From positions 2,170,001 to 2,234,000 of the forward strand of contig BQFW01000001.1 in assembly GCA_020891255.1 (NCBI GenBank): DNA of 64,000 bases, given 5' to 3'. A model generated the notes under the pieces. That model was not told where the DNA came from and searched no databases. It saw only the letters and a program-made list of their open reading frames with translations. The DNA is from Entomortierella parvispora E1425. Its lineage: Eukaryota > Fungi > Mortierellomycota. Of this stretch, positions 13,541 to 24,478 are shown in pieces. Position numbers and translations under genes: made by a program. Every line of letters begins with the position of its first letter. The first letter of the stretch is position 1.

Positions 13541-15234
13541 GGTGATTGTGCTGTGGTGGAGGCGAGGGAGAGGGTGCTGATGATGCTGAACGGTGGAAAT
13601 GAAATTGAATGGGTCGCAAATAAATGACAGATGCGCGAAGGAATGGAGAGAATGAGGGACTCTGACGACGCGTACTGAGTGCACGCGTCGATCGCACAGT
13701 GCGAATGCGATAGATTTTGTCACAGGATATCAGTTCATCGCACTTACTGCTGTTTGGAATCACGTGCCACAGATGGGGCGAGCATAGAAGTTCAAACCAT
13801 GTTCGTTCCCTTGGTCACACGTCTTTGGAGGGCTCGCACCTTATCCAGAGCGGATCTACCCTTTAACCTACGCGCTTACACCCTTACGCACCGATACATC
13901 CCGATCCCGAGATATATAGCAGAAGACAAAGCCACTTTCCCAGGAACTATCTTCTTCAAATCGTTATCATCAGCAGATGAAATCTACCATGAAACAGGGA
14001 TCTTTGACCAAGGTTTGGCTTTGAACCGTAGACATCAACTCGAAGAACTATATATCATGCCCAAATGGGGTCATGTGACGGTCCGGAGAAGGGGGGGGGA
14101 GTGACAATCGACTGCGAGTTTTCATATCTTCTGCAAACCTACTCTGAACGTTGATCGTCCAACGGATTGTGGAGAAGGACCAAAAGTCGTTGGAGATCAC
14201 TGATTGGGGCAAAGAGTCATTTTTCAAAACTTCCTCCAGCTCGCTCGATAAGCTCGATAAGGGCGCGCAAGCAGGAAGTTACGTGTGGGAATGAAAGAAC
14301 TTGCATCAAGGTTGCACCGTGCCTATGCTTTGCGGGTGGGACCAAAAAAAAAAAAAAACACCTTGAGAGCGCAAGATGGAGGGCCAACGCGCTTTTGGGG
14401 CAAGATGGACGAAGTGGAAGGGATCCTTCAGAGATGACAGAAAGATAGTTAACAAACAACTCCATTGAGCAACAGAGGCCAGAGCAAAGAAAGCCAAGAA
14501 CGCACGGAAAGAGAAACGAGATGGAGACGCGTCCTCCTCGGGTGGAGCACAACTGCAGCGGAAAGATGGACGTCAACACGAGGCAAAAGAAGAGAAGAAA
14601 AAAAGAACAGGGGGAAGGCAAAGAAAAAAGATCGAGGGAAGAACGAACCAACCAAGGGGGAAGGGAAGGAAGCACAATGACAAGGTCCCATTGTCGCACA
14701 CATGCACTCTCTGCCTCTGCACTTGCGCACTCGCACTCGCGCACGCGGAAGGGATGTTCTTCCTCTTCTCCCCAGACAAAAACGAACAACACGGCACATC
14801 TCCCGCCCTCGCCCTCGACAATGCTCTCTGGCCTCGACCTCGACCCGTGTGGCCCCCCCATGCACCCCACGGAGCAACAATTGTGCCCATGGACACACCC
14901 TCACCTCGTATCACCCATCACCCACCAGCCACCTATGTCGCTCCATTCAATTAGTCCACACCAAAGTCACGCCTTCTTCGTCTCACTCTTTTTTTTTTAT
15001 CCCACCTTTCCTTTCCATCTCTCTTGCACACTTTCTCCATTGTTCTGGTTGCTCCCTTCTTTTCTTTTCTTTTCTTTTCATTCCTTCCTTCTCTTCTTGG
15101 AAGTCATTCCCCTTCCTTCCTCTTCCTCCTTTCCTCCCTTCTCTGTTGATCCCGCTCCCGGCCAGCCGACCCTCCCCATTGTTACCTACTCGTTCTTCCG
15201 ACTTCATTCACCGCTTGCCTGACCGCATGCAACC

Positions 15235-16947
15235 ATGGCCAACCATCCTTCATCGGGATGGAGACGCTCCGTAGGGGCCCAGTGGTCTTCTGTCAGACGC
15301 CAAGGCGGCACTCCGACCCCTCCGGCTCCAATGCAGCAGGGTGTTCATGGCTCCTATTTAGTCGCTATCTCGCGGCCTGACCTAACTCGAGAGCACCAAC
15401 AACAGCTCGAGCTTCACCAACAATTGCAGCTCCAGCAGCAACAACAGCAGCAACAACAGCAGCAACAACAGCAGCAACTTCTGCAACAACAACAACAACA
15501 ACAACAACAACAGCATCAACAACAGCAACAGCTCCAACAGCAACGCCATTTGCAGGTCTCCTTTGGCACAAATAACGGATTTAGTCATGGACGCTCAACC
15601 TCCTTGCAAACGATCCACGCTGGTACCCCACTCGAACACTCTTCCGTTGGCACATATACCCCGGGTGATCAGCAGCGGGCTGTCGGGCAGGAGAATCAAC
15701 GGCAACGGCAACTCTTTGAACAACAACAACAGCAACAGCAGCAGCAGGAACAGCAGGAGCAATTGGCACAGCGCCTCCAGTCCATCCCAGGGAGCACCGC
15801 CCGGGCTTGGTACCCGTCATTTGGACCTGCGATCACAACGACGTGCAGCGACAGCACCATCCAGCTTGACAGTCCACACCAGTTCACTCTGATCAACAGC
15901 GCAAAACTAAACCGCCATGCGGTCGGACCTCATTGGCGATCGATCCAGACTGCCTCGACCTACTCGCCAACACCGTCCCCACCTTCATCGTCGCCGCAAC
16001 TTCAGTCGCGCACTCTGGGCACCTCTGGCTACTCTTCGCCTGCGTCCTCGACGCTGTCGACAGCTTCCACCACGTCGGCACTTCATGCGTACTTGTCATC
16101 CTCGTACTCATCGCCAGCAATGATCGACCAAGCAAGGGCAAACTCCTTTCGACAGAGTCAGCAGGAACTGGAGTCGGCTGCCATGTCATCATCAGCTCTT
16201 GGACCTGTGGTACATCACCAGTATTATCAGTCGCACTCATACCCTCATGATCCTCGGCATCATCTGACGCAAACCCCTCCTGTGGACTCGAGGGAAGCTC
16301 GGGAGACCATGTCGCTCACGAACCGCGCTTCGCCCATCATACCGGCCATTCGCTTTCATCAGGCAACTGAGCCCAAAAAGCGCAAGGCTGCATGGCAGGA
16401 TCAAGACGACCAGGAAGATCAAGCGACGCCCTCTACTGCGTCGGGAGGGGGAGGAGGGGAAGCCCAGTCCACATCGACGCCGACATCAGCATCGTCGACT
16501 TCAAATCCGTCCATTTCACCAGTCTCTCCCACATATCCATTTCAACAGAGCTCTGTTCATCAATTTGTTCCGGTTGCTCGGACAGCCGCCATGTCACTCT
16601 CTGAACGGCAACAACAGCTCTCGATGCCCTTTGGGGAAGTGATTGATCATGACCAGGATATGGATGGGGCTGAGTCTACATCGGACACTAATGGCAACTC
16701 GACCTCGTCTAGCAGGATGAGCATGGATACGAGTAGTAGCTTTGATCTAGACGATTCGAACGCGCAGGATGGCAACGGAGGACTGAATATTCAACTGAAT
16801 AAGCGGACCAAAGTCCGGCTGGACCCTGTGGTAGCTGCACCAGGAGTCATGGCATCCGGATCCGACATAAGATCTTCACAGACTGGAAATCACGTCCAGG
16901 ACATCTTTCAAGAGTGCTTTTATAACGCAGCATCTTCTTCGAGGTAG
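15235..16947 (+). CDS. Uncharacterised single-exon Q/S-rich low-complexity protein (570 aa)
   Basis: Long ORF with polyQ tracts and basic patches (KKRK, KRTK). It has a CT-rich upstream region and a T-rich downstream region, and no recognisable domain. Confidence 0.7.
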   Translation: MANHPSSGWRRSVGAQWSSVRRQGGTPTPPAPMQQGVHGSYLVAISRPDLTREHQQQLELHQQLQLQQQQQQQQQQQQQQQLLQQQQQQQQQQHQQQQQLQQQRHLQVSFGTNNGFSHGRSTSLQTIHAGTPLEHSSVGTYTPGDQQRAVGQENQRQRQLFEQQQQQQQQQEQQEQLAQRLQSIPGSTARAWYPSFGPAITTTCSDSTIQLDSPHQFTLINSAKLNRHAVGPHWRSIQTASTYSPTPSPPSSSPQLQSRTLGTSGYSSPASSTLSTASTTSALHAYLSSSYSSPAMIDQARANSFRQSQQELESAAMSSSALGPVVHHQYYQSHSYPHDPRHHLTQTPPVDSREARETMSLTNRASPIIPAIRFHQATEPKKRKAAWQDQDDQEDQATPSTASGGGGGEAQSTSTPTSASSTSNPSISPVSPTYPFQQSSVHQFVPVARTAAMSLSERQQQLSMPFGEVIDHDQDMDGAESTSDTNGNSTSSSRMSMDTSSSFDLDDSNAQDGNGGLNIQLNKRTKVRLDPVVAAPGVMASGSDIRSSQTGNHVQDIFQECFYNAASSSR

Positions 16948-17226
16948 CTTTTGCACCTCATACCATCTTTTTTTTTCCCCTTTTCCCTTCCTTCCTTTCT
17001 TTTTTCGTCACCCCTGTTTGTATAATAGTCCATACACCTTCTACTTTTTTTTTTTTTTGTTTCGAATTCTAATAATTTGAAAGCAGAGTGCTTTTTTTTC
17101 CCTGTGGATTAACTTCTGATGGTTTTGTGGTTGTATCGGCTCAAAGAGTTTTCGTGGCATTGACTAAAACAAAGGACGGGTATATTTCTTGGTATGTCCT
17201 TGTTTTTTTTCTATTCTATTTTTGGT

Positions 17227-20200
17227 CTACGAAGGAAAAAGGGTCCTGGATGGAAAGTTTCTTCCAGAATTACTAGGTCGTTCAAATGGATGTATCGGAC
17301 CTTCACCATCTAGGTCGATATCCACATTGGGGGGCCCCAAGGTTGTCTGACGTGAGGGTGGGTCCATTGTGTGGTGACGTTGATGGGTCTGACGGTGGTC
17401 ATGAAGAATGTCGGCATCGTTGATGCTCGGTCTTGGGCTTGTTGCAAACGTGACCATGGTGTAAGAACTGGCCGTATGTCGATGATTTTGGGTCTGTTGT
17501 TGATTTGGATGGGGTGACCGTATGGCATTTCCAGCAGGAGAAGATCCCAAGTCATTGGTGTCGTGACTTAAGTTTGTAAAATAGCTGGCATCCTCTGCCA
17601 GCTTTCTAGAAAGACCACCACTTGCACCATTTCTCACGGTGGGAGACAAGGTCCGATCACTGGCACTTCGGGTCAAAGACAAACCCAAGGGGAGATCGCT
17701 GAGGGGATGGACATAGCTGTCCTGGGCAACCGAGTACTGGTTGGCCTCTTTGTTCTCGAAAAGGTTGCACCAATACAACAGTCGCTCTTCATCCCGGACC
17801 TGGAACAGGAAATCGTATCGTCCACGACCGATCACTCTGAGAATATAGTTGTCTGGCTCTCGCGAGTGAATAAACACGGACATGTAAGAATATGATCTAC
17901 CGGAATCGGGTTTGCCCTAATTGTTTGTTTTCATGAACAAAGGAAGAATTGTGATCAGACATTGGCGAGAAAAGGAAGATGCGAGAACCTTAGGTAGAGA
18001 ATACAATTGCTTACCAGCTCAAAGCATGTAAAGTACTTTTCCCCTGGGACCAAAAGAACGCGTCGCATACACCAGATCGACAAAAAGGAGAGATGTCGGT
18101 GTTGGAATTTGACGCCCATGTAGCCGCCATGGCTCTCCTTGAGGGTATCCCCCTGTGAATCTTCCAACATGCTGTTGATACTCCCCTTTCTGCCATAGTT
18201 TGGCCGGCTTCCTGCGTTTCCTTCATTGGCTCCGCTACCACTGCTGCCACCACGACCACGACCGTTGTCCCCGCCTCCACTGACATCGCTCAACCAACCA
18301 GCACGCTGTTGCAAGATCCCATCAAAGCTACTCTCATCTGACCCTTCTGCTCGATCTAGCATCGACTTTTTCTCAATCAATGAAAAGAGCTGCATGAGCT
18401 TTGGGATGAACATGAACATGAGGGAGACCGTGGTTCCGAAGAGGAGGACCACGTTCGAGAGGAAAAACCTTGTATAATACTGATCCGGGGGCAAGAAAAT
18501 GGTCGGCATGGCAATACAACCCGAGAGAAGGATATTACTAAAGACGAATGAACGAGAGAACCTACATCAGCACACTTTCCTATGAGAAGATGAGTAAAGC
18601 TTGCAGAATTACACAGCCGAGAAGAATACTTACTAGACTACAAAAGCAATCTGACGACACTCGTTGTAGTTGGCAGCCACATTTCGGTTCATATAGGCGA
18701 GGTATGTCGCGATGAGCAGCAAGCTCACATTGTACACAAACAAGACTACAAAGTACGGTGTGCTCTCGCCTGCTTGACTGTTGCATTCCCAATAGGTTGT
18801 AAAGTCGGACATGGTCACCTGCTGGAGTTTTGGGGGTGTCTTGACAAACCAGACACCCATGATGATCAAGTTCACGGCCAGGATGGCGCCAACGATCTTG
18901 AGCAGATGGGAGTCCCGAATGACCCGTTTGGCGACATAGATATTGTGAAAGATTCTGTAGACCCGAAAGTTCTTGGCCACAATGTTGCTCACCACGAGCA
19001 CAAAGCCCACGTTCATAGTGAAAGGTCGTGCCTCACAGATAAATCTGCTGGGGATATCAAGACCCATGATTGTCGATAGATACAAGAGAATAAACCCGCA
19101 GAGCTCTAAACAACAGAAAAGGGGACTGTGAAGGGTTGAGAAAGAAAAACAGGGAGGGTCAGCTCTGCACGCGTTGAAGACGCGTTCCAATCGCGACTCT
19201 TTTTTTTTCCTTTTTTTTTTGTCGTAGTTGGTCTGTCAACGAGTCAACAAGAATGGGTTACCTGGATGCCTTGATGATCTGTGCGTTCCGATAGACGATG
19301 ACGATCCCCATAGTCAGCAGTGCGAAGAGGATGCTCAGACCTGCGATAGCAACAATTACAATCCCGATAGATGAGCCAAAGGATGGGTTTAGGACCCTCA
19401 AAGGCGCCGAGTCTGCTGGAGTGTTGTATGTTCCATCAAAGTACATGGGTGGTGATGAGATATTGAAGACTCCCGAGTACGATGTCCCGATTGAGACGAC
19501 ACGACCGTTTTGAAAGTTGTAGAGGATGAAGTTTCTGTTGGGCCATGCAAAAACAAAGGGCATTATTAGCTTCATCTTTCATGATTGTAGCAGTAACTGC
19601 GCTACTTTTTCCTTACCCATAAATGACATCGCCAATGTCGTCAAATGCCATGGGTCCGCCTGGTCCCGTGTAGTTCGTGTTCATGTCTAAAGGCCTAAGT
19701 TTCGAGCCCAATTTTCCAGCGGCTAAAAGATGTAGTGCTGTCCAGTTGCCTTTCACCGCGTTCGCGAATCCATTGGCCATGACCATCATACAGGAGTACG
19801 CTTGGCTATATACAGATAGAAAAAAGGTAGTCGTTAGATCACAGTATCGCAAATGAAGAAGCGTGCCTTCTGAGAGAGAGAGTGAAATACTTGCACTTCG
19901 TTGCTCGAGATGTCCCGCTCTCCAGCATACGGATACACAGCTGGATCCAGTGTCGCCCATTTGTCCAGGAACTCTTCGTAAGGAGGATAGCCGTGGAGTC
20001 GAAGCATGTTGTCAAACATGAACAGTCCATTCAGATCCGTTGGCTTCAAGGACGATCCGTTCATTCCCAAAAGAGGTTCTGTGACCTGATTAATTGCCAG
20101 CCAGACAAAGTTCTTGGAAATAAGGCCCTGACGACTGTTGGGTGGAAGGGTAAGAAGGAAATGTCTTCCAATGAGTTCCCCTAGTATAAACTGCGTCAAA

Positions 20201-20483
20201 CGACATGTTCATCCCTGTTCATCTCTTACACTGCTTCCGTCATGAGTCGAATCTGTGGAATGCCGACAGCTGCGACGAGGACGATCTGCTGGCCAGAATC
20301 CTTCAGTCCACTTAGACATGAGGCTATATCGGCCGCGTTTCCCATCTCCCAAAAGGCACGCTGATAGCCGACATTGATATTTCGCTGCTTGGCATGGGCT
20401 GCGATGCTGTCCATGACTTTTTACATCCAGGAAAGGGGTTGCATGTCAGGACATTTGGATTGAGATCTCTGCACTGTGGCGGC

Positions 20484-20519
<36 letters not shown>

Positions 20520-21884
20520 CACTCCGAATAATGTACTTACGCTCAGAGCCAAGAGGGTCTCCAGTGTACAGCACCGCAATAGTCTTCCATCCCCGACTGA
20601 CCACAAAGTCCATCATGACTCGGCCGAACATGAGTTCTGTCGGGATCGTTCGAAAAAAATACCCATAGTCATCTTTACTAGAGAGCTGGGCTGTTTTGAG
20701 GGTTTGTCGTAGAAGGAGAAAGGGCAGAAAGTTAGCGCTCATTGAGAACGATTAAAAATATACAAAAGTCAGGCAAAAAGGTGACTGGAGATGAGGCTTA
20801 CTGGATCCTGCAGAGTAGGAGCATTGTGGAATAGACAGACGGCTTGTCAGGAGAGCTGATTGAACTGTGAGCGCACTACTCACGTCCCCAATCACGCCCG
20901 AGACACCACCATCGGTTTGGAGAAGAGCTACGGTTGAGAAGATAGCCTGTGCCGCCCCCGAGTTCTCCGGATCCACTCCGTTGAAGGAGTCTTTAAGAAC
21001 CAAGGTGATGTACGCTCCTGGGATCAGCTGATTTGCGTTGATCTCGCTTGCCGCCAACCGAATAGCGGACGTGCCACTATAGGACAAAGATATAAAGTCG
21101 AGTTGAGAAAGGTATACAAGACACGAGGTGCTCCTATATCCGGTTGATCCACTCTCCTCGATGGGCCCACTTTACTCTCTTCTCACCACGGCCACACTCA
21201 CTGCGCAACTCCTCAGTGTCACTCCTTGCGTTCCTGTTTATTATAAGACTGCTCACGAACCCATCTCTTTTTATACCATTCGTTTCATCTGAATGAGAGT
21301 CATTACCTGTAGGTCAGTTGTTGAGTGAGATTGTTGGGCAAGGAATATGGTAACAGAATGCCAATCTTGATCTCGACGAGCCCATCGGTCGACGTGACAT
21401 TTGGGGTGATGTACAGAGAATTGTTGGCTCCTGTCACGGGGGTATATGGGAAGTGTCTCAGCGCTGGATTGGGTTGATTCTGTGGAAGAATAACTCCCAC
21501 CGGACTTGAGGTGGGTTCGGGTGCAGAGTCGGCCGAAGTGGGGGATGACGCTGATGGGGCAGGAGAGGATGACGGTGGAGTATCGGAAGAGTCTTGTCTC
21601 CTCATTAATTCACTAGCTTCATTCGCCCCTTTGACCTGAGATGAGGAAGGCCTTGACGCTGGGAGTATTTGTGCTTCCACGATATTTTTTGTTCCCTTTT
21701 GATGTCGTTTTTGCAACCATCGAGCGAGCCGTTGGTTGGTGTTGAGGTGCGTTGGAGGAGATGATAGAGAGGACGGAGAAGAGTGTGGATGAAGGACGCT
21801 GGAGTGGACCTCTGGGAGGGCGCCGCTGAGGAACAGGACCCATGCTACACACTGAACCCGTATTGACCATTGAGGGATTCTCAT
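17227..21884 (-). CDS. Class C (GABA-B-like) GPCR: signal peptide, Venus-flytrap/ANF-receptor domain, 7TM and cytoplasmic tail; 10 exons
   Basis: Signal peptide MRIPQW...VHS. VFT motifs IKIGILLPYS, SGVIGDVSS, IPQCSYSAGS and YFFRTIP. 7TM motifs IKASSPLFC, KNFRVYRIF, NYNECRQIAF and FMFIPK. Confidence 0.85.
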
Positions 21885-23397
21885 CCTGTGGGAGGAATAG
21901 GTTCGGTGATCCTTTCACCTAGAGGACCAGGGTGTTTTTTTTAAGGTGGGAGGGTTGATTTGATGGTTGCACAAAACGCGAAAAGTGCGCACGGACAGCG
22001 GAAGGGGTGTATGGGAAGAATGGTGTCAATTGATACCACCAGTGCAACAACAGAAAGTAAAAGGGGAAGGATAGAAAAAAAGAATGCCAAAACGAGAATG
22101 GCAGAGGGGGAAGTGTGTGAGAAGAGAGAGAAAAGAGAAAGATAAAAAAGAAAAGTGTAAAATGAGCAATTAGAGATCAGAGAATTGTGGAGGCAGTGGA
22201 GAGTCCAGAGTGTCTTGTTCCCGGTAATAAGTGAAATTGTGGAGTAGAGAATGCAGAAGGGTACCACAAACCGTAAACGGAAGAGGGGGAGGATGAGGAA
22301 GCGTGGACGGGGGTGTCAAGAACATGGACCCTTCATGAATATGGGAGAGTCGCGCGTGGCACAGAGGTCCCTCTTCATCAACATCGACTAAAAATACACG
22401 CCAAAGACAAAAAGTAGAGTCTCCCATATGGATTCTAATTAGGAGGGGCCTTCACTCTCTTGGGATTAGCGTGGCCGTATCCTTTGGGACCAGTCAGGTT
22501 TTTCTGAATGACGGAACGATGGTCAGTATTGTCCTCTTTGCTCCTGGATTGAAGAGGAACAGCTTTTGGTCGCCTCTCAGTCTTGCCGGGAATATCGAAA
22601 AAAGTGGCAACAGCCAAATAGCCAAGGAGAGTAGTTTTTTTTTTAAAAAAAGGAAAAAAAAAGGAGAGCGCCGAGCAATTCTTGCCTTTGATAAAAGATT
22701 TTGGAGCCAAGGTGACGTTAGGACGGAGTGAAGTTACCAAGAGCAAGGAGTTTCAGGGTCTGCGGCATGCATTTGGGATATCAGTTTCTAAGTCTTTGGC
22801 TGAGCATCTGGAGGTCTCCGTCTATCTCCTCTCTGTCTCTCCTGGGACATGACACAGCAACCGAACTGGTGGCAGAAAAAGAATACCAAGACGCTGAGCA
22901 CAGGGGAATCTGCTCCCTGAAGAGCCCACATTCCTACCCAGAGGTCATTGCGCGTGGTGTCGGCACCGACCCGAGGAAATTAGAAATTAATATATGTTTG
23001 ATCGGTTGTAGAGTTCTCATGCGACTAGGTTTCTATGCCGCGTTACAGGTAGCTCCTCCTATTCGGGCTAATTTCCAATTCTTTCGACCAAGGGGCTACT
23101 CAGGGCACAAAGGGTTGGCATTTCATAATCAAGCCGTGCTCTTTTTGTGCTCCAAAGTATGTCGCGAGTCTTTGTCCGTAACGACTATAGACTTGTCGCC
23201 AACAGCTCCTTGCGTTGGTCCTCACTTTTCCACGACAACAAATTGCTTCATGTATATGGAAATGTTGCTCTGGAACTGCGTCGAGTTGTTGTTGTTGACA
23301 AAATAAATTACAGGGGCGCCGTTTATTGTATAGTGGGTTATGAAGAGAGATCACGGCAATTGGTGGGGAGGAGAAGGAGGTTAGGATCGAAAAGCAT

Positions 23398-24048
23398 TTA
23401 TGCTCCACCGCTACAGGATCAAAAAATGAAAAATATGATGAGTCTCCACGTTTGTTTCATTCAGGGGTACATATTGCATGGGTTGACGTGGTTTGAATTC
23501 CACACTTACACAAGGATGTTGTTGATGGGGATGTGGATCAGCTTGACAACGAATCCAATAACGCCCATGACAAAGAAGCCCATGGAGACGGCCTGGGTGA
23601 TTTGCATGAACTCTATTAACAGGAACAACGGGAAAAAATCATGATCAATACAGGGTCTAGTTTTGACATGCTGATATAAGAATGTGTAGTCCTGTCCGCA
23701 CGATCCTTTTGGCTTCAATTGATCCGCTGGGTATGCCCAGATGGTCTCCGTTCCTATGTGTGGCAGGCTCTAAAAGTACTGACTGCTATGACAACTGCCA
23801 TTCGGTCCTGGATATTGTCCTGCAGCAACTACAGTGTCCCTGAAAGCTGGTTCTAGATACTGAAGCTAGGTCCAGACAACCCAATGTTTGTTGCATAGAG
23901 GCGAGATGATGGCGAGGTCTCGCGATGAGTGTCGATGGTATATACCTTTGCGATCAGGCTTTGTGCAGCGGTTGATGAATGCGACACCGTCCTTGAAGAA
24001 CTGCTTGGGGCCCTCAATGGCGGTCTTGGCGAGCTCGTTGTTTTCCAT
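23398..24048 (-). CDS. SSS1: Sec61 translocon gamma subunit; 3 exons
   Basis: [11 protein letters not shown]|[35 protein letters not shown]|GGA-stop after removing GT-AG introns (intron 1 is 23613-23945). Confidence 0.95.
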
Positions 24049-24478
24049 TATGTATGTGAAGAGGAGGGGATGTAGGAAAGGGGGATGATGAAGAGAAATG
24101 AAAGAAAGAGCAAAGGGCGAGAGGACGAAGGGAAAGGGAGGAGAGAGGGGTCGCGCAGGAACTGACCAATCAGAGGCAGACAGTGCAGCCTCGACGCGGT
24201 GCGTGGAATTAACGAATCAGCTGGAACAAGGTTAATGTGCTTATTTCCCTGCTAAATTGTAGGCGATGACGGAGGGGGAGGTATCTGCTATCGCACTTCC
24301 TGTGTTCAATGGGTCAGTGGGACCCATGCGCCAGGGAGCTGCATCACCAAGGACAGCACAGCCTGAAAGCAAACCAACCAAACAAACCCCTGGGGCCAAG
24401 GAACGAGGACACCGCCAATTCAATCTCTACTCTCATCCTCGCCATCTCCAAACAAGTTGTGGAGCAGAACATCCCAGG
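24049..24478. promoter_or_regulatory. Compact bidirectional promoter shared by SSS1 and ADA2
   Basis: 430 bp between divergent start codons, with a CCAAT box (gaccaatca, about 24164) and a purine-rich tract next to SSS1. Confidence 0.55.

Noticed and set aside
13679-14104. 141-aa ORF upstream of PRE4
   Set aside because: GTG start, no motif, and no splice or UTR support.
22477-22486. GTATCCTTT U12-type donor
   Set aside because: It is intergenic, with no flanking exon or U12 branch site. None of the introns I reconstructed in the window needed a U12-type donor.
22728-23306. 192-aa plus-strand ORF and overlapping 165-aa ORF
   Set aside because: Non-ATG starts, no recognisable motif, and a position in the 3'/promoter region between SSS1 and the GPCR.
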